A DNA stretch of 64,000 nucleotides from the IMG/VR virus record IMGVR_UViG_3300045988_122441. One strand, given 5' to 3'. Below are positions 34,837-45,800 of the stretch, one piece after another. This DNA comes from a virus. Numbering within the stretch: the stretch's first letter is position 1; each line of letters opens with the position of its first letter. The position numbers and the translations under genes were made by a program. The notes beneath the pieces were generated by a model. It had not been told where the DNA came from and did not search any database. It saw only the letters and a program-made list of their open reading frames with translations.

Positions 34837-36064
34837 CTATAAAACCTCCAAATAAGTCGTAGTAAAGAAGATTTAAGTTGTCACGTTGTATCTTACTCAT
34901 TAAGTATGCATGACCGCCAATCCAGGAACGAAACATATTCTCTATTTCTTCCTGTGTGCGTTCGCCTCTTTGTACTTTTCTACTCAATGCTTTGAGCTTA
35001 CGTCTCATATCAACAATTCTCTGTGGGTTGATTTTCCTTATCACTCTTCCTGTATCAGTGAGAGAGTAGGATATCTGCAGAAAGCGATAGTAGTCTGATA
35101 GCTTTACTATTCTTGTTTTCTTTCTGTTCAACGTCATTCCGAGTTCTGTTGCTTTAGCTGCAATCTTAGCTTCAAGTTCAATCAGATACTCTTTGCTCTG
35201 GGAAATCACATAGCTGTCATCCATATATCTGCCGTAGAATTTCTGACCTTCAACGATCTTGACGAAATTATCTATCTGAGTTGGATAGTATATGCCGATA
35301 ATCTGGGAACACTGATCTCCGATATTTACAGATTTCCTCATGAATTTCTCGCCTGTATGAGCAGATTTTGGAACGTTCAGTCTGTAGTCAGCAGAATTGA
35401 ATGGCGTTTCCATACAATGTTCATATTCCTCGTCTGTCATATACGAGACATCAATCTTAAAATTATCGAATATTAAATCCAATAACCACAGCGAAAATTC
35501 ATCATGCACATGTTTTGCAATTTCTTGATAAGCAATATCATGCGGTATATTGTCATAGAATTTGCTGTAATCCATTAAAAGTATGTAGCCGTCATTCCCG
35601 TACAGCCGATAGTATTTGTGTAGATGCTCCTCGAATCTTTGTCTGCTAAAAGTAATTCCTTTCCCTTTCAGCGACGCTCCGTTATCATAAATTAGATAGG
35701 AGAGCAGACTCGGAGCCAAAATATTATCACAAAGAGAATGGCGGATAACCCTGTCAGACATCTGTAAACCTGTAATAGGTCGTGTTTTGCCACGCTCACT
35801 GATAATAAACTCAGTAGAAGCTTTTGACTGATATGCCCTGTCTTTTAAAGCAGCTTTACTCTTAACGATATGTGGCAAGAAATTCATTTCATATTTCTGC
35901 ACTTGAGGTTTCCAATCGGAATCTTTCTTTGCAGCCAAATATGCATGATAAAGTGAGTTTAAATTATATACAACATGACACCCATCTTCAAAATGTGTGT
36001 TTGTATCTGTCATTTCTTTCCAAAATATTTGACGTGTATAGCAATCAGTCGTAACGAATTGCAT
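34751..36064 (-). CDS. DGR reverse transcriptase
   Basis: RT motif 'GRYMDDSYVIS' and the DGR-specific 'NIGDQCSQIIG' ([I/L]GxxxSQ). Sits immediately 3' of the TR. Confidence 0.9.
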   Translation of the reverse strand: MQFVTTDCYTRQIFWKEMTDTNTHFEDGCHVVYNLNSLYHAYLAAKKDSDWKPQVQKYEMNFLPHIVKSKAALKDRAYQSKASTEFIISERGKTRPITGLQMSDRVIRHSLCDNILAPSLLSYLIYDNGASLKGKGITFSRQRFEEHLHKYYRLYGNDGYILLMDYSKFYDNIPHDIAYQEIAKHVHDEFSLWLLDLIFDNFKIDVSYMTDEEYEHCMETPFNSADYRLNVPKSAHTGEKFMRKSVNIGDQCSQIIGIYYPTQIDNFVKIVEGQKFYGRYMDDSYVISQSKEYLIELEAKIAAKATELGMTLNRKKTRIVKLSDYYRFLQISYSLTDTGRVIRKINPQRIVDMRRKLKALSRKVQRGERTQEEIENMFRSWIGGHAYLMSKIQRDNLNLLYYDLFGGFIDGKYYLQYYPRKRNRDSRYTEWQQLHHR

Positions 36065-36156
36065 CGCCTTTGTCTTTTAGCACATTCCTGTGCAAGGACA
36101 ATTTCTCCTTTCTTCGTTTCTTGTATCTGCATATAGCATAATTAAACAAGTGGAAG

Positions 36157-36273
36157 AAATCGGACGAACGCCATTAGAATTAGACGCGTTGTTGTTGTTC
36201 GCATTGCCGTTGTTGTTCACATTACAGAAGTTAGTCGCAGACCTCACACCACGCAGCCAATAGTTGAAGCGAC
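36157..36273 (-). repeat. DGR template repeat (TR)
   Basis: 117 nt aligning without gaps to 36956-37072. Asn-codon (AAC)-rich on the coding strand. Confidence 0.9.
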
Positions 36274-36314
36274 AAACGGCGCAAAACATGCAGAAATTGC
36301 CCTGATTAGTTTCC

Positions 36315-36869
36315 TTATGCTGTCACAGATTCTTTCTCTCTGTCTAAAATGCTTTTACGAATTTTGTTGTCAGATTTTCTCCAACCTTTGATTAGCACCT
36401 GTTCTTGCATAATCATATTTGTGATATTTTCATATTTCTCTATATTGACAGGCAGAGTAGTGATGATATACTGTAATTCCTGTATCAGGTTCTCGCAGTA
36501 ACCAAGAGCTAAGTCCTGATGTATTCTTCGTTCATCACACTCACTAATGAATTGCGGACATATTTCATTAGCTAGAAAAATTTCATGTACCATATCACGG
36601 GTAATTTGTATAATTGCTTTCTGCTCATCTGGTATAAACCATTCTACAAAAGCCTCGTATCGCTCTCTGCGTTTCTCTACGCCGCGATCATAACCATCTT
36701 TCTGTTTTTGACTCCACTTGTTGTATGCTTCCGGTTTTGGTCTTTCTTCATATTCCCTTAGTCCGAATTTTCTCAGAGCAAGGTCAGTTATAACCGTCCG
36801 AACTTTATACGCATGATGCTCAACCTCAAATGGTGATGGCTTTCTATTTGCTTTCAGTACCGACATCAT
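36315..36869 (-). CDS. DGR accessory variability determinant (Avd)-like helical protein
   Basis: Canonical position between VR and TR. Helical, basic, with a C-terminal 'LIKGWRKSD'. Confidence 0.65.
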   Translation of the reverse strand: MMSVLKANRKPSPFEVEHHAYKVRTVITDLALRKFGLREYEERPKPEAYNKWSQKQKDGYDRGVEKRRERYEAFVEWFIPDEQKAIIQITRDMVHEIFLANEICPQFISECDERRIHQDLALGYCENLIQELQYIITTLPVNIEKYENITNMIMQEQVLIKGWRKSDNKIRKSILDREKESVTA

Positions 36870-36883
36870 TTCCTCCGTATTAA

Positions 36884-36908
36884 CCCACCCACCCGGAGGT
36901 GGGATGGG
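36884..36908 (-). promoter_or_regulatory. GC-rich hairpin downstream of VR (candidate DGR target-recognition stem-loop)
   Basis: CCCACCCACC-CGGA-GGTGGGATGGG forms a stem of about 10 bp with one bulge and a 4-nt loop. It lies about 35 nt 3' of the target-gene stop. Confidence 0.45.
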
Positions 36909-36941
36909 ATTAAAGATATTGCATTGTATTTCTTGTCAATA

Positions 36942-37874
36942 TTAATTAACGAAGAAAAACGGACGAACGCCAAGAGAATTAGACGCGTCGTAGTTGCTCG
37001 CATCGCCGTAGCTGCCCACAAAACAGAAGCCAGTCGCAGACCCCACACCACGCAGCCAACAGGTGAAGCGACGGTGAATGTATTCAGGAGCGAGAGCGAA
37101 CAGTGGGAACTGAGAGTTGATACATCCAACTTCGTAACCGCTATTAGCCCATACTTTTGTTCCGTATACCATTGTCTCGGACATCAGCTCAACTTTACAG
37201 TCATACCAAGCCCATCCAGAAGCCTGTCCATCAGCAGTTGCGTTTGGCAGGATATCTCTGTAGGACATTACGTGAGAAGAACCGAAGTCATTCACGATTT
37301 TCTGAGTAGCCTGTGCAAGGTTTGTAGTTCTCATATCAGAGTTTGCGTATGCTCCAGTAGTAACGTTGTTTGCAGCGCCTTCTGTATACTGACCGCTATC
37401 TGTGTTATGCATCTGTGCATTGTACAGAGCAGAGTCAGGAACAAGGCACATGCAGTTACCGAGAGAAGACTTATCTCCAATCTGCTTTCCGAGGTTGAAT
37501 CCAGCAACTCGATATACAGTGCCGTTGATTGTCAGGTAATCACCTACAAACAGGTCGTCAAATGTACCTGCCTGAATAGCTTTTGACATAGCGGAGGTGT
37601 AGGAAGTACCTAAGTTCTTACCTCTGAAAATAGAGTTATGACCTCCTGCGTTGTTTCTTGCTGCACCTGTGTACAGCTCATTGATTGCGGCTGGGAGAGT
37701 TTTTGTACCCTGATCCAGACCATAAGTTTTGCTCATCAGCTTGTTAAGGGCGGCAGTGGAGAGATTTCCGAAAGTCACACCCTTAGTACCATTCGCACCG
37801 TCAACTGGGAGTACATCAGTATCAGCAACAGAAGTAACAGCGGAAAGGTCTTTAATTCTTGTTGTATTTGCCAT
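36942..37874 (-). CDS. DGR target protein: tail-fibre-tip / receptor-binding protein with C-terminal lectin-like VR
   Basis: The C-terminus 'CWLRGVGSATGFCFVGSYGDASNYDASNSLGVRP' parallels the TR-encoded 'YWLRGVRSATNFCNVNNNGNANNNNASNSNGVRP'. Follows the tail-fibre gene. Confidence 0.85.
   Translation of the reverse strand: MANTTRIKDLSAVTSVADTDVLPVDGANGTKGVTFGNLSTAALNKLMSKTYGLDQGTKTLPAAINELYTGAARNNAGGHNSIFRGKNLGTSYTSAMSKAIQAGTFDDLFVGDYLTINGTVYRVAGFNLGKQIGDKSSLGNCMCLVPDSALYNAQMHNTDSGQYTEGAANNVTTGAYANSDMRTTNLAQATQKIVNDFGSSHVMSYRDILPNATADGQASGWAWYDCKVELMSETMVYGTKVWANSGYEVGCINSQFPLFALAPEYIHRRFTCWLRGVGSATGFCFVGSYGDASNYDASNSLGVRPFFFVN
36956..37072 (-). repeat. DGR variable repeat (VR) in the 3' end of the target gene
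   Basis: By eye I count 18 mismatches to the TR. All lie at plus-strand T, i.e. coding-strand A, of the TR. Confidence 0.9.
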
Positions 37875-37889
37875 AGTATATTCCTCCTC

Positions 37890-39791
37890 TTATATACCTA
37901 ATTTCTTTTCTAGTTTTTCTATACGGTCATTGAAATCCTGCATTTGCAGTTCGTCGTATAGCAATCTAACCAATAAAAAATGAGTATACTCAATGCAGTA
38001 ATACTCATTTTCATCGTCTGGATTTAATTTTCGTGTGCCAAGCATCAGGAGTTTATCTTCAACTCCATGCCTAGCAAATGCATTTCGTAAATCTTGCGCC
38101 AGTATTCCGACACATAATTCCTCGTGGTCATAATCTGGTGCTGACATTCTAAACTGTACGAATCGGACTTCACCAACAGCCTGAATAATATTTCTTGCTA
38201 TTGGTTCAATATCACGTTTCATACGTCTGTCTGATAGACTTCCACTCCATGTTCCATCAAGGAAGCCCTTTCCTGTTTGAGCCTTCACATGAACACCATC
38301 TGATGCGGCATAAATGGAACCATTCTTTTGCTGAGTACCATTGTTGTTATAGTACCAGTCAGCCCATCCATAACCTCCTGATGTTGTTTCGTTCATTAAT
38401 TGAACACCTTTGAGGATACGCATCAACATAGCGCAGTCGATTCCGGCACGATTGGCTGTTTTACCGAAAGCAATACCATCACCACCAGCCTTATAGTCCA
38501 TTGTTGCGAAGCCGTTTGATAATGTCATAGTGGCGACGGCTTCTTTCCCAGCTTTATCTCTGATGGTAAGTCTGATATCATATGCCTGCGTATCAGACAC
38601 AGCAATTACACGGGTGTCACTCATATTTAATGAACTTGCGCTGATAGCAAGATTTGTCCATGCTGACTGACCTGCGATTCTATATTGCAGAACAGGAGTG
38701 ATGGTATTGCCGGATATGCTACTTACAGAACCATTTGATACAATTTTCGCATGGTCTCCCGTATCGTCAGCTATGAAGTTACTTGTTGTACTTCCAGTTC
38801 CTCGTGATGCAGATATTTTCGCTGTAGGCAGGCTATAATCAGACACGGTAACTTTCATGGTTGCGGAGTTCGTCCTTCCACGACTATCTTTAGCGGTAAC
38901 TGTTATCGTTTTTTCTCCAGTTGATGTAAACGGGTCAAAAGTATACTCGGTTCCGCTTGAAGCAGTTTTGTCAGACATCCCGGTTACAGATATCTTGAGT
39001 GATGAAATAGTAGAGCTGTAGCTGCCAGATGCCGAGGGCTTAACCTTAACCCCAGATAGTAACTTCGCATAACATCCGAACGTGCTATTGGTGTTCGTGA
39101 GTGATGAGATGCTACATGACGGCTTCACACTTGCCGGGACATTGCATGTAAAAGATATGGACTTGCTTCCAATTTTGGTATTACCATTGTATGTATCGCA
39201 ATATAATGTACCAACTCCTGAAGTGGCGTTTGGAACCATATGTGCCAGATCAAGAGGCGGAGTCCACGATACACTGGTGCTGGAAGATTTCGTGCATATA
39301 GTGCCAGATTTTGTGCCGTATAAATATGTAATGGTGTGTGTAAAGCTTGTGCTTGCACGAGATACAGAAATTGTTCCGGCGCTGCCCATTGTAAGAGTTC
39401 CACACGAAATGGAAGATGCTCGTGGTATAACGTTAAGGGAGAATGTCTTGCTCTTACTTTTGTTGATAGCCCACTCATAAATACCAGCTTCAACAGAGAT
39501 GGAAAAAGACTTTGAACCATCGGCATTGTGATTCAATGTTTTGGAGCCACTACATATTTGTGTACCATTATATGCATCCGTGTGATGGCTGGAATCGCGA
39601 TAAAATACCTGACTGCCATCAATTTTAATTCTAACCTCGCTGACTCGAACCCATCCAGAATATGAGCCGCTACCTTTGAGTGTCCATTTAATAGTGGATT
39701 TGTTATTAGCTATATCCTGGGTTGCCGTCCAGCTCAGCGTGACACTGCGCTGTGAATATTCGCCAGTTGTCACGCTTCCGCTTAAAGCCAT
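37890..39791 (-). CDS. Tail fibre with C-terminal intramolecular-chaperone (peptidase S74) domain
   Basis: 'SDRRMKRDIEPI...LLMLGT' followed by a terminal coiled coil. Ser/Thr-rich beta-type body. Confidence 0.75.
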   Translation of the reverse strand: MALSGSVTTGEYSQRSVTLSWTATQDIANNKSTIKWTLKGSGSYSGWVRVSEVRIKIDGSQVFYRDSSHHTDAYNGTQICSGSKTLNHNADGSKSFSISVEAGIYEWAINKSKSKTFSLNVIPRASSISCGTLTMGSAGTISVSRASTSFTHTITYLYGTKSGTICTKSSSTSVSWTPPLDLAHMVPNATSGVGTLYCDTYNGNTKIGSKSISFTCNVPASVKPSCSISSLTNTNSTFGCYAKLLSGVKVKPSASGSYSSTISSLKISVTGMSDKTASSGTEYTFDPFTSTGEKTITVTAKDSRGRTNSATMKVTVSDYSLPTAKISASRGTGSTTSNFIADDTGDHAKIVSNGSVSSISGNTITPVLQYRIAGQSAWTNLAISASSLNMSDTRVIAVSDTQAYDIRLTIRDKAGKEAVATMTLSNGFATMDYKAGGDGIAFGKTANRAGIDCAMLMRILKGVQLMNETTSGGYGWADWYYNNNGTQQKNGSIYAASDGVHVKAQTGKGFLDGTWSGSLSDRRMKRDIEPIARNIIQAVGEVRFVQFRMSAPDYDHEELCVGILAQDLRNAFARHGVEDKLLMLGTRKLNPDDENEYYCIEYTHFLLVRLLYDELQMQDFNDRIEKLEKKLGI

Positions 39792-39815
39792 ATATTTTCA
39801 CCTCCAGTCTATTAA

Positions 39816-42800
39816 TTACCTGCCCCCTAAGTACCTAAATGACAGGTTGCCATTAGAACGGGGAATAAAAGCAAATTTGCCAAGCTGTAATCGTTCTAAG
39901 ATTTCAGCATCAGTTACATATAGCTTATTGTTACTGAAGTATGCTACTTCGTCAGTACCCTGATAGAAGCTCAGTTTCTGTTCGCTTAACAGCATAGACA
40001 GCTGCTTAGAGACATCCTGACTTGATATCTTTCTCGTGATACGCAAACCAGCATCTTCCATTGAGAAACACTCTGTTGTCTTCTCAATATCAACAATTTT
40101 GCCATTGATAGCATCGACCTGCACAATGTATGTGTTGATATCGGTTTGTACCCTATCAACTTGCTGTTGTGTAGTTACGCTGCTTTTACGAATTTCTTCG
40201 ATACGTCCATCTTCACCCACCAAATCATCAAAGTCTTTACGATTGATGGTTACCTGGTTCAGAACGTCAGAAATAATTTCTCTTAACTCATCAGATATAT
40301 CGCCAAGGTTTTTGTCTGTATAATTCAACAAATCCTCTGGGGCAGGATAATAGTCTGTAGGACGGTTTCCTTTCTCTAACTGAATGTAGTCAATAGCGTA
40401 GTAATCATTTCCATTCATATTGTCAGTGATACGCAGGACGTTGGAAAGATTTCCAACATTTCCAGTCGTCAATAGCTGACCAGACGATGTTGCAAAATTG
40501 TAACGTGCGTCAGTAACTAGCTCGAATTCTGTATCCTCAAGCGTCAGAACTGTATATACCTTGTTCCATCCAGAAGACAACTGTATTTGCTGCATGTCTG
40601 TTGTCTGCATAACGCCATTGGCATTTGCAAGGCATACGTTAATAGTTGTATTCTGGCGGGAGTATACATTCATTGATACCGTGAGTTTAGTACCAATGGA
40701 GGCAGAAATTAGATTATCTGTGTATACTTCATAGTAAACAGCCTTAGCTGTATTAGATCCGGTTCCGGACTGAATCTTAATTACTTTTTTGGCTTCAATC
40801 TCATCTTCAGTGATGCTATAAACACCATCGCTGCCATAATAATGACATCCTTCAAGCGCATCAGATTTCTTGAGCAAGTTTCTTGCACCAATCATCATAT
40901 TTGCGCTATCTACCAGAATAGGAATAGTTTGGATATCGAGCAGGTTATTATCATTTGGAGCTTGACTGGCTTTATGCATTTCTACTGTATAGAACGTAGG
41001 CATATCAGCCTCTCCATAGATTGTGAATGACTGCTCGGCAACATTACCAGAAGAACTAAATACCTCTTCTGTTCGGTTGTCACTATATGTCTTTGTAATG
41101 ACAAAACGGCAAGGGTAGACCTCGCGATCACCATTGCCATCTCTGTAATATCCTCTAACTTTAACCGTATCCGGTGTGATGATGTTGTTTCCATCAATCT
41201 TAACTGCGGATGTATCAACTTCAAGGAAATATGTTCTTCCTGTCACTCCGGTATCACCCTGTTTTGCATTTGTATACGTCACAGTTGAATTACCGTCTGA
41301 ATAGTTGACAGTAGTTCTTGTCCAGAGAATCATACCGTCTGAAAGTTCTGGCATCTCATCTGACCATTTGTTTGTAACAAATATTCTCGAAGAATTGTCA
41401 ACCAGTGATAATCCACCGCTAGTGATAAGCTCGACTGATTCTGGCGGGGTAGTGCTTTTCTCGGTTGTTGCGATATATTCTATTTTTGTAGAGGTAATTG
41501 TAACATCAGCACCCTTGATAAGAGACCATGTGTACTTCGTAGGGTCTGTACTATCAGCCTCAATATTATCTGTGTACTGTCCGATATATTTTTTATCAGT
41601 ACCAACAGTCGTGTTGAATCCGGTTTTTCCATCAGCTGAGTCTGCGTAAGCTATATGAACATAGCCATTCTCACCCGGCGTACCATTTTCACCGACGTAC
41701 TTAGACCACTTATACGCACTTGCGGCTGTTGGTGCGGTAGAAGTGGTTGTAGATGTAGTACCGATATATTTTGTTGCGCTTGAAGGTGTTGTGGTCATTC
41801 CGCTACCATTTGCATCAGTAGCATATCTTATCCAGAGATAAGAGGATACACCGTCAAAGTAATCGACTCCTTTAACAGGCGTTTTACCATCAGCACCCTT
41901 GATAAGAGACCATGCATAATCTTTGTAGTTTCCGCTATCAGCCTGTACATTATCAGAGTACACACCAATATATGTTGCTCCGGTAAACTCGGATTTAGAG
42001 AATCCCTCTTTACCATCAGCACTCATAGCGTATGCGAAATGCACATAGCCGTTCTTGCCTGGAATACCGTCCTCGCCGTCTTTTCCTGCAAACTTAGACC
42101 ATGTATAGGAGTTTGCCGTGTCAGGGTCTTTGATGACATCATTCACGCAGATACCAATGTAGTCTGAAGGAACTTCTGATATCTGGCTATCTGTAGGATT
42201 TGGATATGCGGAATATTTGATATGAACATAATTGCTTGAACCATCACGTCCATCACGTCCATTGATTCCGTCGATTCCATCCGTACCATCGATACCCTGT
42301 CTTGACACGCTATATGTTACCGTAGAATTTCCATCTGAGTAATTGACCGTAGTTCTCGTCCACAGATATGATCCTTCAATAACATTCGGAACTGTTGTGA
42401 GCCACTTATTTGTAGCCAGCTCGTTTCCATTATGGTCTACAATGATTTTTCCATCATTTGTCGCCATTGAGTTTGCGGATGGTGGGATAGTACCGCTGTC
42501 GCTCGGAATATACACAACCTCCGTGGAAACGATATACACACTTGTACCATCTTCTCCACGAATTTGTGACCAAGCATATTTTTTGTAGTCTGTACTATCT
42601 TCTTTCACATTGTCGGTATAAACACCGATATGTGTAGCTCCTTCGTATTCGACTACACTGAAGTTCACACTACCATCTGCTGACTGAGCGTACGCAAAAT
42701 GCACATAACTATCTGCACCTGCTGTACCGTCCTTACCGTCTTTACCAGTAAATTTACTCCATGTATAAGAGCTTGCTGTTGTTGGGTCGTTCACGTTTTC

Positions 42801-45800
42801 ATCGACGCAGATACCGATATATGTAGATGGAACTTCGGTCATTAATTCATCTGTTGGATTTGCGACCGGGCTGTATTTGATATGAATGTAGGATGATTTA
42901 CCGTCTACGCCATCACGTCCCGGAAGACCTTGACCGCCATCAGCACCGGCTTTCAGTTTTGCAATTCGGAATTTCTTGCTGACAGATAACTTGTCCATAT
43001 AGATTAAATCAAATACGACCTCACCAACACTTGTGGTTAAGTTCTTGATCGTGTATCTATGGTTTGTCTTGTCCCATTCACCTACAATCCCACTTGTGGC
43101 AGTGATTGTCCACTTCAGGTCAGATGATTTTGTGATATCCGTACTTCCAGAGAATACAAGCACATCTGTATAGCAATCAGTGAAATTGCCTCCGTTGCCA
43201 TTAGAGTCGGTAGTGATACCGATGTATTCATTTGTAAGCTGTACCACGAGAGCAGCAGCTTCTTGCTTGATGGTCTTGTCAATATAAGAGCCAAGGTCAT
43301 CGCTGGTTGTCATTTGGATATGTCTACCGTTGATTTTGATATTTCCATCATCATCCACATACACATATTTTGTGTAAGAACCATCTTTGTTCTTACGCTG
43401 AAGTGTAAATAGATCCTTGTTCGTATCAGAAGCATCGGCAGTAATCGTCATACCATTCTGGTCAATCTTCACAGAGCCTGATGTATTGTAAATACCAAGC
43501 TCATTTCCAAGAATGATATTACCGACAATCTTATGTGCGATAATACCGTAGTCTTCTTTATATGTACCTGTCTCCGGGTCATAGTAAATATACTTACCAA
43601 GACCTGTTTTAACAGTTTTCCACCCATCGTTTGTGTAATAAAATCCATGATTGATAATCTTTGTCTGTTCTGCACTATAGTCGTCTCCGAATTCGTTCTT
43701 TTCTCTCATCAGGAGACCGGATTCATCAACAACCATATTCTGATTATCTGCAGCATTTACGATTCTTTTATTCGTAAGGTTCAGACCGTTCTCAACCATG
43801 TCCATAATCTGCTTATTCGCATTATTTCCCTTATTAGCCTGATGCTGTACCATAGAGTATGATGTAGCCATAGATTGAGCCTGAGCCAGAATACTCTGTG
43901 TATCTGACATATAGTCCAGTCCATATGTGACATCTGAAAACTCTACATCGAGCTTATCAAGATTGTCGTAATCAATCTTATAAGAAGTCAGTCGAAGCTT
44001 ATATACCACTCCGTCAATTTCGATGTGAACCCAGTTACCGACCTCGAAATTAACAAGAAGAGGAGAGAATGTTGCGTTGCCTTTTACAAGATAAAGCTGA
44101 TCGTGAGTAATAATATGGACTCCATCCAACGTGACGATTGGAACCGGAGATTCTTCCACATCCTGCTCTTTAACCAGAAGGAAGTTGTTAAGGTTGCAAC
44201 TGATTGTATGCTGTAATGTTGCAGATTTTACGATTTCACGTTCGGCGTTTTTGATAAATTCTTTTGCCTGAGCAATCAGTTCTGTGTCTGATAACCCATC
44301 AGAAATGAAATTGTCATTCTGGTATGTATCATCACGTCTGAAAGAACAGAACTCTACCCATAAAGTTTCCCCAAGGTAGCTTCGGAGATCAAGCTTGTTG
44401 GCAATAGCCTGACGCTGTTTCTCAATGTAATCCAGTACGCCATCTGGATTACTTCTTGTACCTCTAAGTTTCAGAACCTCTGCCTCACGTTCTCTTAATT
44501 CATCCTGAATCCATACGCTTCTGTTGTAGTACGGTAAATACATAGATGCATACAATTCATTTTCAGGGTCAGCTACTCCCTGTTGAATTAAGATATCCAG
44601 ACATCCACGAGCAATGCTCGCAAGGATATTGAGGTTATCCACGCTATAGAATGACAGTGCCTGTTTGAACTCGGACTCGCTCTTCTTAAACAGAGCAACA
44701 GTTCCTGTAGCATCTACATCATTCTTTTTCATAGCCTTCTCAATCTGACATTTGATGAAGTCCGGTGTTGCGTCAGAAACGTATACGGTCAATACTGCAG
44801 ATGTTGCCGTATCCTCTTCATCTGAATATCCAGTAAGAGTGACGGTTCCCTTCCACACCTTCGCTTCGTATGTGTTACACTTCGCTGTGATTCTATACAA
44901 AGAAGTATCAATAAATACCTTCGCATAATTCTGTACAGCAGATGTAACAGTAGCAGAAGATGAGATCTCTGCATTCTGAATGCCAAGAGGAGATAAAGTA
45001 TTTGTGGTGAGCTTTGCAAGCTCTTTTGCGGCAGTTGTCTTCTCACCATGCTCCGATGCTGGAGCCAGAGTGGTCTTTAATAAGCTATAGAAATTCAATG
45101 CAGAATAATATACATCTGTCAACGCAGAGTATCCTACGATTGGATATTTTACATTTGTCAGAGTATCATCATACAGCTTGTATTTATTGATAAGAGCGTT
45201 ATACTCAGAAATTACAGTAGATGGAATATCTATCTGTTTTTTAGTTGAGTACGACTCATATTCTGTGTCATAAGCTTTCAGCTTATCCTGTAAAGCCTGT
45301 GACATATCCGCACGAACAGAATCACTCAAATACCAAATATACTGACTGCCACTAGGATTGATATTACGAATCGTCGCAGTCATCAAATCATCGCCAGCAA
45401 CGAGGCGGAAACAGTTTTTTACACTGTCCTTATTTGATGAATAGGTAATATCTCCGGCGAAATTCTCGTGACTGAGAAAAATGCCGCTGTCAGTGCCATA
45501 TCCGTAATTGATATTCGCAGAGCCACACTTCGGGCATACCTTTGTAGTGAATGAGCCACGTTCGCCACATTCCATACATCGGTCATTCAGATCATATACA
45601 GAAATAGTTCTATGAATTTTGCCATCGTTATTCGTATATTCGCCATATTTAAAAAGGCATTCTACTTCATTTGCGATGTCATCAAATGCATCTTTTATAC
45701 TCGAGCCGTCCCATGAAAATGTTCGTTGTAGATTTGCAATAGATGAATCTACATGTACAATAGTATAATGAGATGCTTTGTCTTTTAAAATTCTGTCCAG

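Noticed and set aside
34751-36064. Reverse transcriptase as a retron or group II intron RT
   Set aside because: The TR/VR pair shows adenine-only differences, the IGxxxSQ motif is present, and an Avd-like neighbour sits alongside. All fit a DGR. No msr/msd-like inverted repeats or intron domains V/VI were seen.
36077-36289. 70-aa ORF in the track (MFCAVCRFNYWLRGVRSATNFCNVNNNGNANN...)
   Set aside because: It is the reading frame of the DGR template repeat, a copy of the target C-terminus. It has no SD and is not an independent gene.
36924-37586. 220-aa plus-strand ORF, and 36866-37129 on the minus strand
   Set aside because: The first is antisense to, and the second out of frame with, the well-supported DGR target gene. 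Both have low-complexity, Cys/Ser-rich composition and no SD.
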